The position numbers were made by a program, and so were the translations under genes. 64,000 bases of DNA. Origin: a virus. A model generated the notes under the pieces. It was not told the DNA's origin and did no database searches. It saw only the letters and a list, made by a program, of their open reading frames with translations. This document shows, piece after piece, positions 27,948 to 37,764 of the stretch. Location: positions 1 to 64,000 of the IMG/VR virus record IMGVR_UViG_3300020471_000623; one strand, written 5' to 3'. The stretch's first letter is position 1; each line of letters opens with the position of its first letter.

Positions 27948-30380
27948 ATGAACCAAATTCAAGCACAATCAATATTAGCAAAATGTTTAGCAACAGAAAA
28001 CATTGACATTATTCATGACCCAAAAATGGAAACTGCAGCATTCGATGTTAAGAATCGTAAACTGTATCTTCCAGTATGGCAGGAAATGTCTAAAGACTTA
28101 TATGATTTGCTTATTGGACACGAAGTAGGACATGCACACGAAACTCCAGAAGCTGGATGGCATGATACAGTCATTGACAATCCTCAAAAGAAAGCATTTC
28201 TTAATGTTGTTGAAGACGTTCGTATAGAAAGAAAAGTTAAGGCAAGGTATCCTGGTTTAGTAAAGTCCTTTTACAAAGGTTACCAAGAACTATTTGATAA
28301 AGACTTCTTCGGTATCCAAGATTTAGATATTCAAGACCTTCCTTTAGTTGATAGAGTAAACTTACATTTTAAAATTGGACACTTACTAGGTGTTGAATTT
28401 GCAGACGGATTTGAAAAAGATCTAGTTGAAAGAATTGGTAAGGCAGATACTTGGGCAGAAGTTGAAAAACTAGCTGACGAACTATACAAGAATCATCAAC
28501 AAGAAAGACAAGACAAGCAAGAAGAATATGATGAACTTCTTGAAAAACTTATGCCACACAGATTTACTTCTGAAGGACAACAAGAACAAGAAGAACGTCA
28601 ACAACAAAGACAGCAAGCTCGTCAGAAAATGGAAGACAAAAAAGATGAGCTACAAGAAGCTTATGATAAAGAAGAACAAAGACGTAGAGATTTAAGAGAC
28701 GAGGCATACGACAAAGGCGAAGACTTTGACTATGATCAGTTCAAAGATGAGAACGGTAACGACGAACATGATGAAAAATATTATGACGGCACAACTCGTC
28801 AGGACAGAGAGGACTTCTACAATAAAGAAACAGAACTTGAAAAAGAAGAACAAGCAGATAAAGCTACAGAGGCAGAAGATCAAAAGATCAAAGATAGACT
28901 TGACGAGATTCAAAAGTTCTTAGACGAAGAAGGACATTCAATTACAGACGCTAACTACAGAAAGAACGAAGGTGATTTAGTAGACCAAGACGCTGTTAGT
29001 AACTTATACGCTAAGCCATTCAACGACTTTGATGTTGAAGAAGTTATAGTTCCAATGGACGAACTATATGATTGGAACAAATGCGCAGATCTTACAAAAA
29101 TATCTAGAAGCGAAGACTATGGTTGGGACGAGTCAACAGTTCCAACAGAAGAGTTACCAGGTTTAGGTCAAGAACTTTGGAAAAAATACCAAGCTCAACA
29201 ACAACCTATTATCAACGCTATGGCTCAACAGTTTGAACTTAGAAAAGCAGCTACAGGTTTCAAGAAATCTAGAATTTCTAAAACAGGTAAGTTGAACGAG
29301 GACAAACTTTGGGCTTACAAGTTGACAGAAGATATTTTCCAACAGACACAGATTGTTCCTAACGGTAAGAATCACGGTATCCTAATGTATGTAGATATGT
29401 CAGGAAGTATGCACAAGAACTTCTACGGCACCCTACAACAAATGGAAACGGTTGCAATGTTCTGTAGAAAAGTAAACATTCCATTTGATGTGTATGGTTT
29501 TTCAAGTGAAGCAAGAAAAGGAGCCCTACAATATGATGAGAATGGTTATGTTACTGATGAAAGACAAGTAGGTGAGGAAGGTAGAATAGTTCTTAACAGA
29601 CATGATTCAATGGTCCACATTCTTAGTTCTAAGGCTAACAAGAAGGATTGGAACAATGCAATGGCATACCTACAAGTTATTAAAATTTGCTACATGGGTT
29701 ACAGATACTACGGTGACATCAATGATACAGATACACCTTACTATGGTTATGCAAGTAACAGACACTTTAGACTAGGTTCTACTCCACTTAACTTTGGAAT
29801 TATTGCAGGCACAGAAATTGCACAAAGATTCCAGAAAAGATACAATGTAGAGAAGTTGACTACAATCTTCTTAACAGACGGTGGTGCTACAGATTATGTT
29901 ACTGTTAGGACTGAAGACAATGGTAGAGTTCAAGCAGGTTCATATGAAACTAAAAGATTGGTTATCCAAGACGGTAGTTCAACATGTGCTCTTCCTCAGA
30001 AGTCATCATACTATGGTGGTAGAGAAGAAACAACTAACACTCTGCTTACATACTACAAGCAAAAGACAGGGTCTACAGTAATTAATTTCCACATATTAGA
30101 GTCAGGTAAAAGATATGACTTTGATAGAGAGATAGGTGGTTACATGGACGACTTATCCTGGAAAAAGATTCTTAAGGACAAGTTCACAATGTTCACTCCT
30201 AAAGCAGGATACGATGCAAGGTTCCTACTTAAAGGTAAGGACGATCTTAAAATTAAGAGCACAGAACTTGAAGTAAAATCCAACAAAAAAGGAGATTTAC
30301 TTAGAGGTTTTAGACAGTTTAACAAAGGAAAGTCAGGACAAAGAACTTTCCTCAACCAAATCATAGAGTTAGTAGCATGA
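27948..30380 (+). CDS. Metallopeptidase-motif/vWA protein (phage CobT-like)
   Basis: HEVGH, NVVED.RIE, DMSGSM and FLTDG motifs; paired with MoxR ATPase. Confidence 0.8.
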   Translation: MNQIQAQSILAKCLATENIDIIHDPKMETAAFDVKNRKLYLPVWQEMSKDLYDLLIGHEVGHAHETPEAGWHDTVIDNPQKKAFLNVVEDVRIERKVKARYPGLVKSFYKGYQELFDKDFFGIQDLDIQDLPLVDRVNLHFKIGHLLGVEFADGFEKDLVERIGKADTWAEVEKLADELYKNHQQERQDKQEEYDELLEKLMPHRFTSEGQQEQEERQQQRQQARQKMEDKKDELQEAYDKEEQRRRDLRDEAYDKGEDFDYDQFKDENGNDEHDEKYYDGTTRQDREDFYNKETELEKEEQADKATEAEDQKIKDRLDEIQKFLDEEGHSITDANYRKNEGDLVDQDAVSNLYAKPFNDFDVEEVIVPMDELYDWNKCADLTKISRSEDYGWDESTVPTEELPGLGQELWKKYQAQQQPIINAMAQQFELRKAATGFKKSRISKTGKLNEDKLWAYKLTEDIFQQTQIVPNGKNHGILMYVDMSGSMHKNFYGTLQQMETVAMFCRKVNIPFDVYGFSSEARKGALQYDENGYVTDERQVGEEGRIVLNRHDSMVHILSSKANKKDWNNAMAYLQVIKICYMGYRYYGDINDTDTPYYGYASNRHFRLGSTPLNFGIIAGTEIAQRFQKRYNVEKLTTIFLTDGGATDYVTVRTEDNGRVQAGSYETKRLVIQDGSSTCALPQKSSYYGGREETTNTLLTYYKQKTGSTVINFHILESGKRYDFDREIGGYMDDLSWKKILKDKFTMFTPKAGYDARFLLKGKDDLKIKSTELEVKSNKKGDLLRGFRQFNKGKSGQRTFLNQIIELVA

Positions 30381-30397
30381 TTCTTTTGAAAAAATGC

Positions 30398-30426
30398 TTG
30401 ACTCTTGGTTCGCCAGAGTGCATAAT
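30398..30426 (+). promoter_or_regulatory. Early sigma70-type promoter
   Basis: TTGACT-cttGGTTCgccAGAGTG-CATAAT. Confidence 0.85.
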
Positions 30427-30464
30427 ATACAGTATAAATTAAATTAATAAGTGAGGACTTAATT

Positions 30465-31652
30465 ATGAAGAAAATAGATAGAGAAAACCTAGTAGCCAGA
30501 CTCCAAGAACAGGACAACGGCACAGGTGTTTTTACTCGTAGGCAGATTATAGATACTGCCGAGAGCTTAGGACTAGGCTTCCCAGCTTGGTTAGTAAATG
30601 GTAGGAAAGACCTTAAAGTAGACAGAGGTGTTTACAACCTTACAGCAATGTTCGGTGGTCAGGCAGTAGCTCCAGTAGCTCAACCTACTATTCCAGCAGC
30701 TCAACCAATTGAGGTTGTTGAAACTAAGAATCCTGAATTTGTAGTTCAGGCAAAACTTCAAGTAGAAGTTGATAACTTGGTTCCAAACAAAGACGAAACT
30801 TTCGTCCCTTTTGGTTTTTACAAAGATTTGAAAAAGGTATTACAAGGTAACTTGTTTTATCCAATTTTCATAAGTGGCTTATCAGGTAATGGTAAGACTA
30901 CAATGGTAGAACAAGTATGTGCTAATCTTAAAAGAGAGGCTATACGAGTTAATATTAGTATTGAAACTGATGAGGATGATTTAATCGGTGGCAATACTCT
31001 AGTTGACGGTAACGTCGTTTACAGAGAGGGACCAGTCCTCACCGCTATGAAGCGTGGTGCCATTCTAATACTTGATGAAATAGATAGAGGCTCAAATAAA
31101 ATGATGTGTCTTCAGGCAATACTAGAAGGCAAGCCTTATTTCAACAAGAAAACAGGCGAAACCGTAGCTCCTGCTCCCGGCTTTAACATTGTTGCAACAG
31201 CCAACACAAAAGGTCGAGGTTCAGACGATGGCAAATTTATTTCAGCCAACATACTCGACGAGGCATTCCTAGAAAGGTTTGCAATTACCGTGGAGCAGGA
31301 GTATCCTACAATGGCAACCGAGAAAAAGATTGTCCTAAGAAAAATGGACAGAGCTAATATCCAAGATGAGGATTTTGCTACACACTTGGTTACATGGTCA
31401 GATGTTATTCGTAAAACATATTACGAAGGTGCAATTGACGAGTTGATTTCAACACGTAGGTTAGAACACATCGTGAACGCGTTTGCCGTATTTGGCGACA
31501 AACAAAAAGCAGTTCAACTTTGTGTCAACAGGTTTGACGAAGATACTAAACAAGCATTCATTGACTTGTATAGTAAAGTTGACCCTACAGTTGAACTTAA
31601 CGAGGCTGATGTAGACTCTGAACAAGAGATACACGAAGATGGCGAAAGTTAA
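30465..31652 (+). CDS. MoxR-type AAA+ ATPase (phage CobS-like)
   Basis: GLSGNGKT, ILDEID, ATANTKG and DEAFLERF motifs. Confidence 0.9.
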   Translation: MKKIDRENLVARLQEQDNGTGVFTRRQIIDTAESLGLGFPAWLVNGRKDLKVDRGVYNLTAMFGGQAVAPVAQPTIPAAQPIEVVETKNPEFVVQAKLQVEVDNLVPNKDETFVPFGFYKDLKKVLQGNLFYPIFISGLSGNGKTTMVEQVCANLKREAIRVNISIETDEDDLIGGNTLVDGNVVYREGPVLTAMKRGAILILDEIDRGSNKMMCLQAILEGKPYFNKKTGETVAPAPGFNIVATANTKGRGSDDGKFISANILDEAFLERFAITVEQEYPTMATEKKIVLRKMDRANIQDEDFATHLVTWSDVIRKTYYEGAIDELISTRRLEHIVNAFAVFGDKQKAVQLCVNRFDEDTKQAFIDLYSKVDPTVELNEADVDSEQEIHEDGES

Positions 31653-32097
31653 GTTAAACGAAACTGTAACTCATAAGGTCACCGAATATAAATTCGGTGA
31701 TCTTACATCTGAGGAACTGAAAGAAACATTTCAAGATGGCAGGATTGCTTCTTGGTTTATGGAACAACAATTACCATATTGGTATCCAGAATTAACCAGA
31801 GTAACAGGCCAAAAAGATCATGATCATATAGATAATACAGGCAGGTTATTTGATCAGAAGACGTTTACTGCCAGAGGTGTAACTTGTTTACCTAGTAACC
31901 AGCAAGGTAAAGGCAGAACTTTTAATGAAGAGGCTGCTTATGAAAAGGCAAACAAGTTAATTTATATTATTACAGACGTGAATGACTTTCCAAATATTCA
32001 TGTAAGATTTGTAGAGGGTAAAGAATTAATTAATAATTATCCTCAATTGAAAGTTAAATTCACACAACGAGAGGAGTTCTTATGGCCAAAGATATAG
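31639..32097 (+). CDS. Putative type II restriction-like endonuclease (RsaI-like by recalled similarity)
   Basis: D..D-x-DQK PD-(D/E)xK-like core; DGR..S...E, GV...PSNQ.G.GR.FNE and I.D...FP.I.V blocks match my memory of RsaI; not verified by alignment. Confidence 0.6.
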   Translation: MAKVKLNETVTHKVTEYKFGDLTSEELKETFQDGRIASWFMEQQLPYWYPELTRVTGQKDHDHIDNTGRLFDQKTFTARGVTCLPSNQQGKGRTFNEEAAYEKANKLIYIITDVNDFPNIHVRFVEGKELINNYPQLKVKFTQREEFLWPKI

Positions 32098-32387
32098 ATT
32101 ATAAATTTAATGAAGGTGAACTTACAAAAGAACTAGCAGATTATATTGATGCCACATACGATGGACACTATTCTAAAAACAAATTCCAATCTACGGAATT
32201 CATTGTTGATTGTGGACATGGTATTGGATTTACAATAGGAAATATTCTAAAGTATGCACAACGTTACGGTAGAAAAGGCACCACAGAGGACCATAGAAAG
32301 GACCTAATGAAGGTTCTACATTATGGCATTATTGCTTTATCCATTCACGATAACGAAACTACACAGCACTATTTAGACGAAGAGTAA
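32082..32387 (+). CDS. DUF3310 / T7 gp1.7-like putative nucleotide kinase
   Basis: HY, GF..GNILKYAQRYG.K and DLMK.LHY motifs. Confidence 0.65.
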   Translation: MAKDIDYKFNEGELTKELADYIDATYDGHYSKNKFQSTEFIVDCGHGIGFTIGNILKYAQRYGRKGTTEDHRKDLMKVLHYGIIALSIHDNETTQHYLDEE

Positions 32388-32390
32388 CCA

Positions 32391-32714
32391 ATGACATTCG
32401 TCGTCGGTTCACCTTGTGTAGGTTGCAAAGATACAAAGTGCGTTACAGTATGCCCTGTGGATTGTTTCCACGAGGGTCCTAACATGCTTGTAATCAATCC
32501 CGACGACTGTATTGATTGTGGACTTTGTGTTCCTGAATGTCCTGTATCAGCAATATGGAGTGAAGATGAAGTCCCTGCTGAGGAGATAGAATTTATAGAA
32601 ATAAATGCCAAAAAAGCATATGAATGGCCTGTTATAGATGAAGAGAAAGAGCCTATGGCACATAAATCTCCCCACACAACAGCAGAAGCTATAGCAGTAG
32701 TTCTACTAGACTAA
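32391..32714 (+). CDS. fdxA: 7Fe-type ferredoxin (FdxA-like)
   Basis: [18 protein letters not shown] and [16 protein letters not shown] motifs. Confidence 0.92.
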   Translation: MTFVVGSPCVGCKDTKCVTVCPVDCFHEGPNMLVINPDDCIDCGLCVPECPVSAIWSEDEVPAEEIEFIEINAKKAYEWPVIDEEKEPMAHKSPHTTAEAIAVVLLD

Positions 32715-32725
32715 TAAATACATAT

Positions 32726-34279
32726 ATGAATCATGGAATGATATTAGGTTGTCTCCAGGCACATCCTGGTTGGCAAGGGCAGGGTAAAGACAATAATTGG
32801 ATAAGTCTAAAACGTTCTGCTGGTTCTCATAAAATTGCTAGTTTTATGAGGAAAGAAGGTTGGGATATTGAAGTCATAGATTATTGGTTAGCATTTACTG
32901 AGGAAGAGTTTCAAACATTAATTAGAGCTAGAGTAACAAGTGATACAAAATTTATAGGAGTATCTGTTACATTTGGTTTCAGAGGAGATACTCTAAAAAG
33001 AGCACAAGATAATCTTACATGGTTAAAAGAAAACTATCCAGATATCATGATCGTTGCAGGTTCTAAATCCATTAGTGATACAATGAACTTACCTTGTGAT
33101 TATTATGTAACAGGTTACGGAGAGTTTGGACTACAACATCTATTAAATGGAACAGCAAAGATAACAGATTTTCAAGGCAAGAAGGTTGTAAATTCAGATA
33201 AAGATCATCCATGTTTTCCTCAAAAAGATTTAGTAACAAGATACGAAGAAAGAGATTTTATACAACCAACGGATACTTTAACCTTAGAACTATCCAGAGG
33301 ATGCAAATTTAAATGTAAATTTTGTTCTTACAATGCTATAGGATTGAAAGGCGACATTGATAGAGATATGTCTACACTATATGCAGAGCTAAAAGAAAAT
33401 TATGAGAAGTGGGGTGTAACAGATTACCACGTAGCAGATGAAACAACAAACGACAACACAGAAAAATTAAGACGAGCTGCTGAGGAGATTAGAAAATTAC
33501 CTTTCACACCTAACATGACAGGATTTATTAGAGCAGATCTTTTAATATCCAGAGAACATGATAAAGAGTATTTGGCAGAGATGGGATATTGGGCACACTT
33601 CTATGGTATAGAAACTTTTGACCAAAAGGCAGGACAAGTAATTGGTAAAGGTATGAATAGGGACAAACAGAAACAAGGTTTGTTAGATCTCAGAGATTAC
33701 TTCTGGAAACAATGTGGTAGATATCGTAGCACAACATCTCTTATTGTAGGTTTACCTTACGAAACAAGACAGTCATTATTTGATGGTTTAGATTGGCATA
33801 AAGAGAACTTTCCAAAAGAAAACTTACAGATAAATATATTGTTCATAAATAAATTTGCAGAACATTTAGGAGATATGTTTTCTCAATCTGATTTTGATAT
33901 GACTTGGAAAGATGGAAAACACTTTCACGAAAGATTAATACAGGATGATGAGGAAGTAGAAGCAACACCAGAAGCATTTGTTGATGGCCTTAAACATTTA
34001 TGGTTTAACTATAAAAGACATTCTGCTTTACCCTGGTCTCATGATACATTTAATTGGTGGACAGCACATCTTGCAACAAGAGATATCTACATGTCTAATA
34101 AAAATTATATGAGAGATAGAGGCCCTATGAATTGGGACTTATTTAATTTTACAACTCCTGGAACATATGATTGGGATAGTGTATTAGAAATGTCTTATGA
34201 TGATTATGATGAAGAAAGATTGGAAAAAGATACAAAATTACATATCCAAAAATATAAAAATGCTAAGTTAAACGTATAA
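32726..34279 (+). CDS. Radical SAM protein with B12-binding-like N-terminal region
   Basis: ELSRGCKFKCKFC, ADET, GIET and IVGLPYET motifs. Confidence 0.85.
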   Translation: MNHGMILGCLQAHPGWQGQGKDNNWISLKRSAGSHKIASFMRKEGWDIEVIDYWLAFTEEEFQTLIRARVTSDTKFIGVSVTFGFRGDTLKRAQDNLTWLKENYPDIMIVAGSKSISDTMNLPCDYYVTGYGEFGLQHLLNGTAKITDFQGKKVVNSDKDHPCFPQKDLVTRYEERDFIQPTDTLTLELSRGCKFKCKFCSYNAIGLKGDIDRDMSTLYAELKENYEKWGVTDYHVADETTNDNTEKLRRAAEEIRKLPFTPNMTGFIRADLLISREHDKEYLAEMGYWAHFYGIETFDQKAGQVIGKGMNRDKQKQGLLDLRDYFWKQCGRYRSTTSLIVGLPYETRQSLFDGLDWHKENFPKENLQINILFINKFAEHLGDMFSQSDFDMTWKDGKHFHERLIQDDEEVEATPEAFVDGLKHLWFNYKRHSALPWSHDTFNWWTAHLATRDIYMSNKNYMRDRGPMNWDLFNFTTPGTYDWDSVLEMSYDDYDEERLEKDTKLHIQKYKNAKLNV

Positions 34280-34291
34280 ATATTATAAATA
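34275..34291 (+). promoter_or_regulatory. Tandem late promoters TATAAATA
   Basis: Two exact copies at 34275 and 34284. Confidence 0.75.
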
Positions 34292-34313
34292 GTAAAACAA
34301 GATAGAGGTAAAC

Positions 34314-34673
34314 ATGGCCTATAAAGTAACAGTAACATACAAAAGACCTAACACAGGAGTTGACTTTCCTAAGGCAGCAGATCATGACAGTGATTACTAC
34401 GATTGGTTAAGACAAGAATACCAAGACCGTAGTATTTCTCCTTCATTTGAATTGTCAGAAGATGAACTAACATTGAAGGCTTCAAGTGAATGTGCAGACA
34501 GAGCAACTTATGATGCTTGGAGAGCAGCAGATGATGCCGATGGTAGATATGCAGCTACAGTTAAAGCTGGCATTAATTCAGACTTAGCATCTAGAAACAT
34601 TACAGTTAAAATAGATGCTGAAGAAGATGGAACAGTTACTAATCTTGTTGCAGAAGGAAACGCACTTCCCTAA
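34314..34673 (+). CDS. Late hypothetical protein
   Basis: GAGG RBS; directly follows late promoters. Confidence 0.7.
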   Translation: MAYKVTVTYKRPNTGVDFPKAADHDSDYYDWLRQEYQDRSISPSFELSEDELTLKASSECADRATYDAWRAADDADGRYAATVKAGINSDLASRNITVKIDAEEDGTVTNLVAEGNALP

Positions 34674-34703
34674 CCAAAACGTAGCAATTGGTATGCTACA
34701 CTA

Positions 34704-34732
34704 TTGATTTATACTATGAAAGATCCTATAAT
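34704..34732 (+). promoter_or_regulatory. Sigma70-like promoter for gp45
   Basis: TTGATT-17 nt-TATAAT; spacer TACTATG shared with the uvsY promoter. Confidence 0.65.
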
Positions 34733-34763
34733 AATAGGATAATAAATTTGGAGATATTATATT

Positions 34764-35420
34764 ATGAAAATTAGTAATGATACTATTGAAGTCCTAAAAA
34801 ACTTTGCAGGTATTAACACAAACATTCTCGTTCGAGAAGGCAACACACTTTCCACAATTAGCACAGGCAAAAATATTTTTGCTAAGGCAGAATTGAAGGA
34901 AACATTTCCAAAAGAATTTGCAATCTATGATCTAAATAGTTTGCTATCTCTTCTTACATTAACTGAAGATGCTGATATTAGCTTTGAAGATGAAAGTCTA
35001 AAAGTTAGTAAAGGTAATTCTGTTTTTGAATATTTTTATGCAGACCCTAACATTATTGTTACTGCTCCTGATAAAAGTATTGAAGTAGATAACTTCTTCC
35101 AGTTCGACTTAACAAAAGATGATATTGATATGATCATGAAGGCAGCAGCTATTACAGCAGCTCCTATGTTAAGTATTGTAGGACAAGGTGGAGAAGTAAT
35201 TGTTACAGTAGGAGACCCTAGCACACCTAAGTCTAATAGTTTTAGACAAGTTATAGGAACTACTGATAAGGAATTTGATGCCAGACTTGCAGTGGAGAAT
35301 TTTAAAGTTATTCCTGCTAGTTATACAGTAACACTTTCTCAGAAGAAGTTTATGTTCTTGGAAAGTAGCAAAAGTGAATTGAAATATTGGTTGGCGCTTG
35401 AGCGTTCTTCCACTATATAA
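34764..35420 (+). CDS. gp45: Sliding clamp
   Basis: LKNFAGIN, FAIYDL and YWLALE motifs. Confidence 0.95.
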   Translation: MKISNDTIEVLKNFAGINTNILVREGNTLSTISTGKNIFAKAELKETFPKEFAIYDLNSLLSLLTLTEDADISFEDESLKVSKGNSVFEYFYADPNIIVTAPDKSIEVDNFFQFDLTKDDIDMIMKAAAITAAPMLSIVGQGGEVIVTVGDPSTPKSNSFRQVIGTTDKEFDARLAVENFKVIPASYTVTLSQKKFMFLESSKSELKYWLALERSSTI

Positions 35421-35429
35421 GGAGACGTT

Positions 35430-35615
35430 ATGGACGAAGATAAATTAGAGGTTACTCTTAGAGAGGCAACCAATGGTTGGATTGTAGAATTCAACAGAAG
35501 TGGTGAAACTGTAGAATACATTTTCACAAGACCTAACCCAGCTATCTCATTAGTTAGAAAAGTAATGAAGGGAGAGCTAGATGTATTTGGAACGGAGGAT
35601 GACATCGATGAGTGA
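35430..35615 (+). CDS. Hypothetical protein
   Basis: AAGGAG RBS; EATNGWIV motif. Confidence 0.65.
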   Translation: MDEDKLEVTLREATNGWIVEFNRSGETVEYIFTRPNPAISLVRKVMKGELDVFGTEDDIDE

Positions 35616-36198
35616 GTTAGCAACAAGTTTACCAGCAGTTAAATTTAAGAAACATGTAAAGGCAACTGATGGTATTGCAAGATGGGTTGATATAGACATA
35701 TCAGAGTTGGCAGAAGGTAAAAAGATTGTAATCTTTGGATTGCCTGGTGCTTTTACTCCTACATGTTCTAGTCAACAACTACCTGGTTTTGAGGAAAACT
35801 ATTTTCTATTTCGAGATGCAGGTATAGATGATATTTATTGTGTGACAGTAAATGATACTTTCGTATGCAGTAAATGGGCAATGGACCAAGAGCTTGCCAA
35901 TGTAAAAGTATTACCAGATGGTAGTGGAGAATTTACAATTAAAATGGGTATGGACGTTAGGAAAGATAACCTAGGGTTTGGTATGAGATCTTGGAGATAT
36001 GCAGCAGTATATGACGATGGCATGCTTGTCTGGTCAGGTGTTGAAGAAGGATTTGGAGATAATTTTGAGGGTGACCCTTATGAAGTTTCTAAACCTGAGA
36101 ATGTCCTAGAAGCTGTGAAAGGTTTGAACTTTACTAAAGGTAAAGAGATAAATTTGGACTTTTCAGATACGACAGATGTTAAGGAGACTTTTTCGTAG
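35608..36198 (+). CDS. Peroxiredoxin, Prx5 type (start probably at MSELA)
   Basis: LPGAFTPTCS, VND.FV and GMRSWRYA motifs. Confidence 0.92.
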   Translation: MSELATSLPAVKFKKHVKATDGIARWVDIDISELAEGKKIVIFGLPGAFTPTCSSQQLPGFEENYFLFRDAGIDDIYCVTVNDTFVCSKWAMDQELANVKVLPDGSGEFTIKMGMDVRKDNLGFGMRSWRYAAVYDDGMLVWSGVEEGFGDNFEGDPYEVSKPENVLEAVKGLNFTKGKEINLDFSDTTDVKETFS

Positions 36199-36274
36199 AC
36201 CTTTTTCTACGGTCAAAAAACCGTCCGAAAAAAAGAGCAAAAAAGTTTCTGACTAAATTATGATATGGTGAATT

Positions 36275-37213
36275 ATGGAAACAGGACAATTTTTATGGGT
36301 TGAAAAATATAGACCCATGCACATACAAGATTGTATTTTGCCTGAACAGGTAAAAGAACAATTCCAACAATTTATAGCAAAGGGAGAAGTTCCTAACTTG
36401 CTATTATCTGGTTCTGCAGGAACAGGTAAAACAACAATAGCTCGTGCTTTATGTAATGAACTAGGTTGTGACTACATTGTTATTAATGGTAGTGATGAAG
36501 GCAGACAGATAGATACTCTCAGAACAAAGATAAAGCAGTTTGCATCTGCTGTATCTTTTGAGGGTAAAACAAAGGTAGTTATATTAGATGAGGCTGACTA
36601 TATGAACAGAGATAGTGTTCAGCCAGCCCTTAGAGCGTTCATAGAAACGTTCTCTGAGAACTGTAGGTTTATATTTACATGTAACTACTCTAATAGGCTT
36701 ATAGAGCCCCTACATAGCAGGACTACTGTTATAGACTTTAAGTTAGCCCCCTCAGACAAGCCTGTATTAGCGTCTAAGTTCCTTAAACGTATGGAATACA
36801 TACTGAATAATGAGGGTGTAGACTACAATCAGAGGGTTCTGGCGGAGCTTTTAAACAAGTATTTTCCAGACTATCGTAGGGTTATAAATGAGCTACAGAG
36901 ATACTCTGTGGGAGGTTCTATAGATGAGGGTATATTAAGTAACTTCCAAGAAATCAATGCTAAGGCCCTAGTAGAGAGCCTCAGAGAGAAGGATTGGAAG
37001 AAGATGAGGCAATGGATTGCCAACAATATAGACACAGACCCACAACATGTATTTAGGCAGATATATGATATATTACTGCCTGAAGTTAAGGGTATTCCAC
37101 ACTTGGTCTTGTTAATTGCAGATTATCAGTATAAAGCAGCTTTCGTTGCAGATCAGGAAATTAACTTGACAGCCTGTTTGACTGAAATAATGGCAAATGT
37201 GGAATTTAAGTAA
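36275..37213 (+). CDS. gp44: Clamp loader large subunit
   Basis: WVEKYRP, GTGKTT, LDEAD and FPDYRR motifs. Confidence 0.96.
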   Translation: METGQFLWVEKYRPMHIQDCILPEQVKEQFQQFIAKGEVPNLLLSGSAGTGKTTIARALCNELGCDYIVINGSDEGRQIDTLRTKIKQFASAVSFEGKTKVVILDEADYMNRDSVQPALRAFIETFSENCRFIFTCNYSNRLIEPLHSRTTVIDFKLAPSDKPVLASKFLKRMEYILNNEGVDYNQRVLAELLNKYFPDYRRVINELQRYSVGGSIDEGILSNFQEINAKALVESLREKDWKKMRQWIANNIDTDPQHVFRQIYDILLPEVKGIPHLVLLIADYQYKAAFVADQEINLTACLTEIMANVEFK

Positions 37214-37368
37214 TGGCCAAAAAAGACGCTGTTCTGACTCTTAGGGTTTCTGCTCAAGAAAAAGAAGAAATCAAGAAAGAAGCAGAAATTAGAGAAATAA
37301 CAATTACAGAACTTCTGATGAAAGGCTTCAAAATCATGAAAGAAGGACAATACATTGACTTTAAGTAA
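37213..37368 (+). CDS. Ribbon-helix-helix DNA-binding protein, 51 aa (not in ORF track)
   Basis: TAATG coupling to gp44; VLTLRVSAQEKEEIKKEAEIREITITELL fits the RHH pattern. Confidence 0.7.
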   Translation: MAKKDAVLTLRVSAQEKEEIKKEAEIREITITELLMKGFKIMKEGQYIDFK

Positions 37369-37519
37369 ATTATGGAGATTATGGTGTTTATCCCTAGGCG
37401 ACAAAGCAAGTGATAACACCAAGGATGCAGACATGGTGGCAATTATGAGGTCCATCGTTGTTTTAGTAAATTTTGTAACCTGTTTTTTCATTGTAGCAGG
37501 TATATTGAGGCATTGGTGA
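37355..37519 (+). CDS. Small membrane protein (not in ORF track)
   Basis: TTG start after AAGGA; WRLWCLSLGDKAS...FFIVAGILRHW. Confidence 0.6.
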   Translation: MTLSKLWRLWCLSLGDKASDNTKDADMVAIMRSIVVLVNFVTCFFIVAGILRHW

Positions 37520-37764
37520 TGACGTTTCCAGATATAATAGGACTAACAGGAGTTGCATTGCTTATAATTACATATGCTCTATTACAATTAGATAGAATTG
37601 ACCCTAAAGGGTTTTGGTATAGTTTCAATAATTTGATTGTAGCTATTTTGGTTACAGTTAGTTTGATATATACTCCTAATCTTGCTAGTATTGTAATAGA
37701 AGTGTTTTGGTTTATAATTAGTTTATATGGTGTTGTAATGTATTACAACAGGAAGAGAATATGA
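37513..37764 (+). CDS. Small multi-TM membrane protein (CBU_0592-like)
   Basis: IG..GV.L....Y.LLQ, YS..N and IE.FW..IS.YG pattern. Confidence 0.65.
   Translation: MVMTFPDIIGLTGVALLIITYALLQLDRIDPKGFWYSFNNLIVAILVTVSLIYTPNLASIVIEVFWFIISLYGVVMYYNRKRI

Noticed and set aside
27948-31652. CobT/CobS-like pair as cobalamin biosynthesis genes
   Set aside because: They look like the vWA + MoxR ATPase pair common in T4-like phages under early promoters; no CobN or other cob genes are visible.
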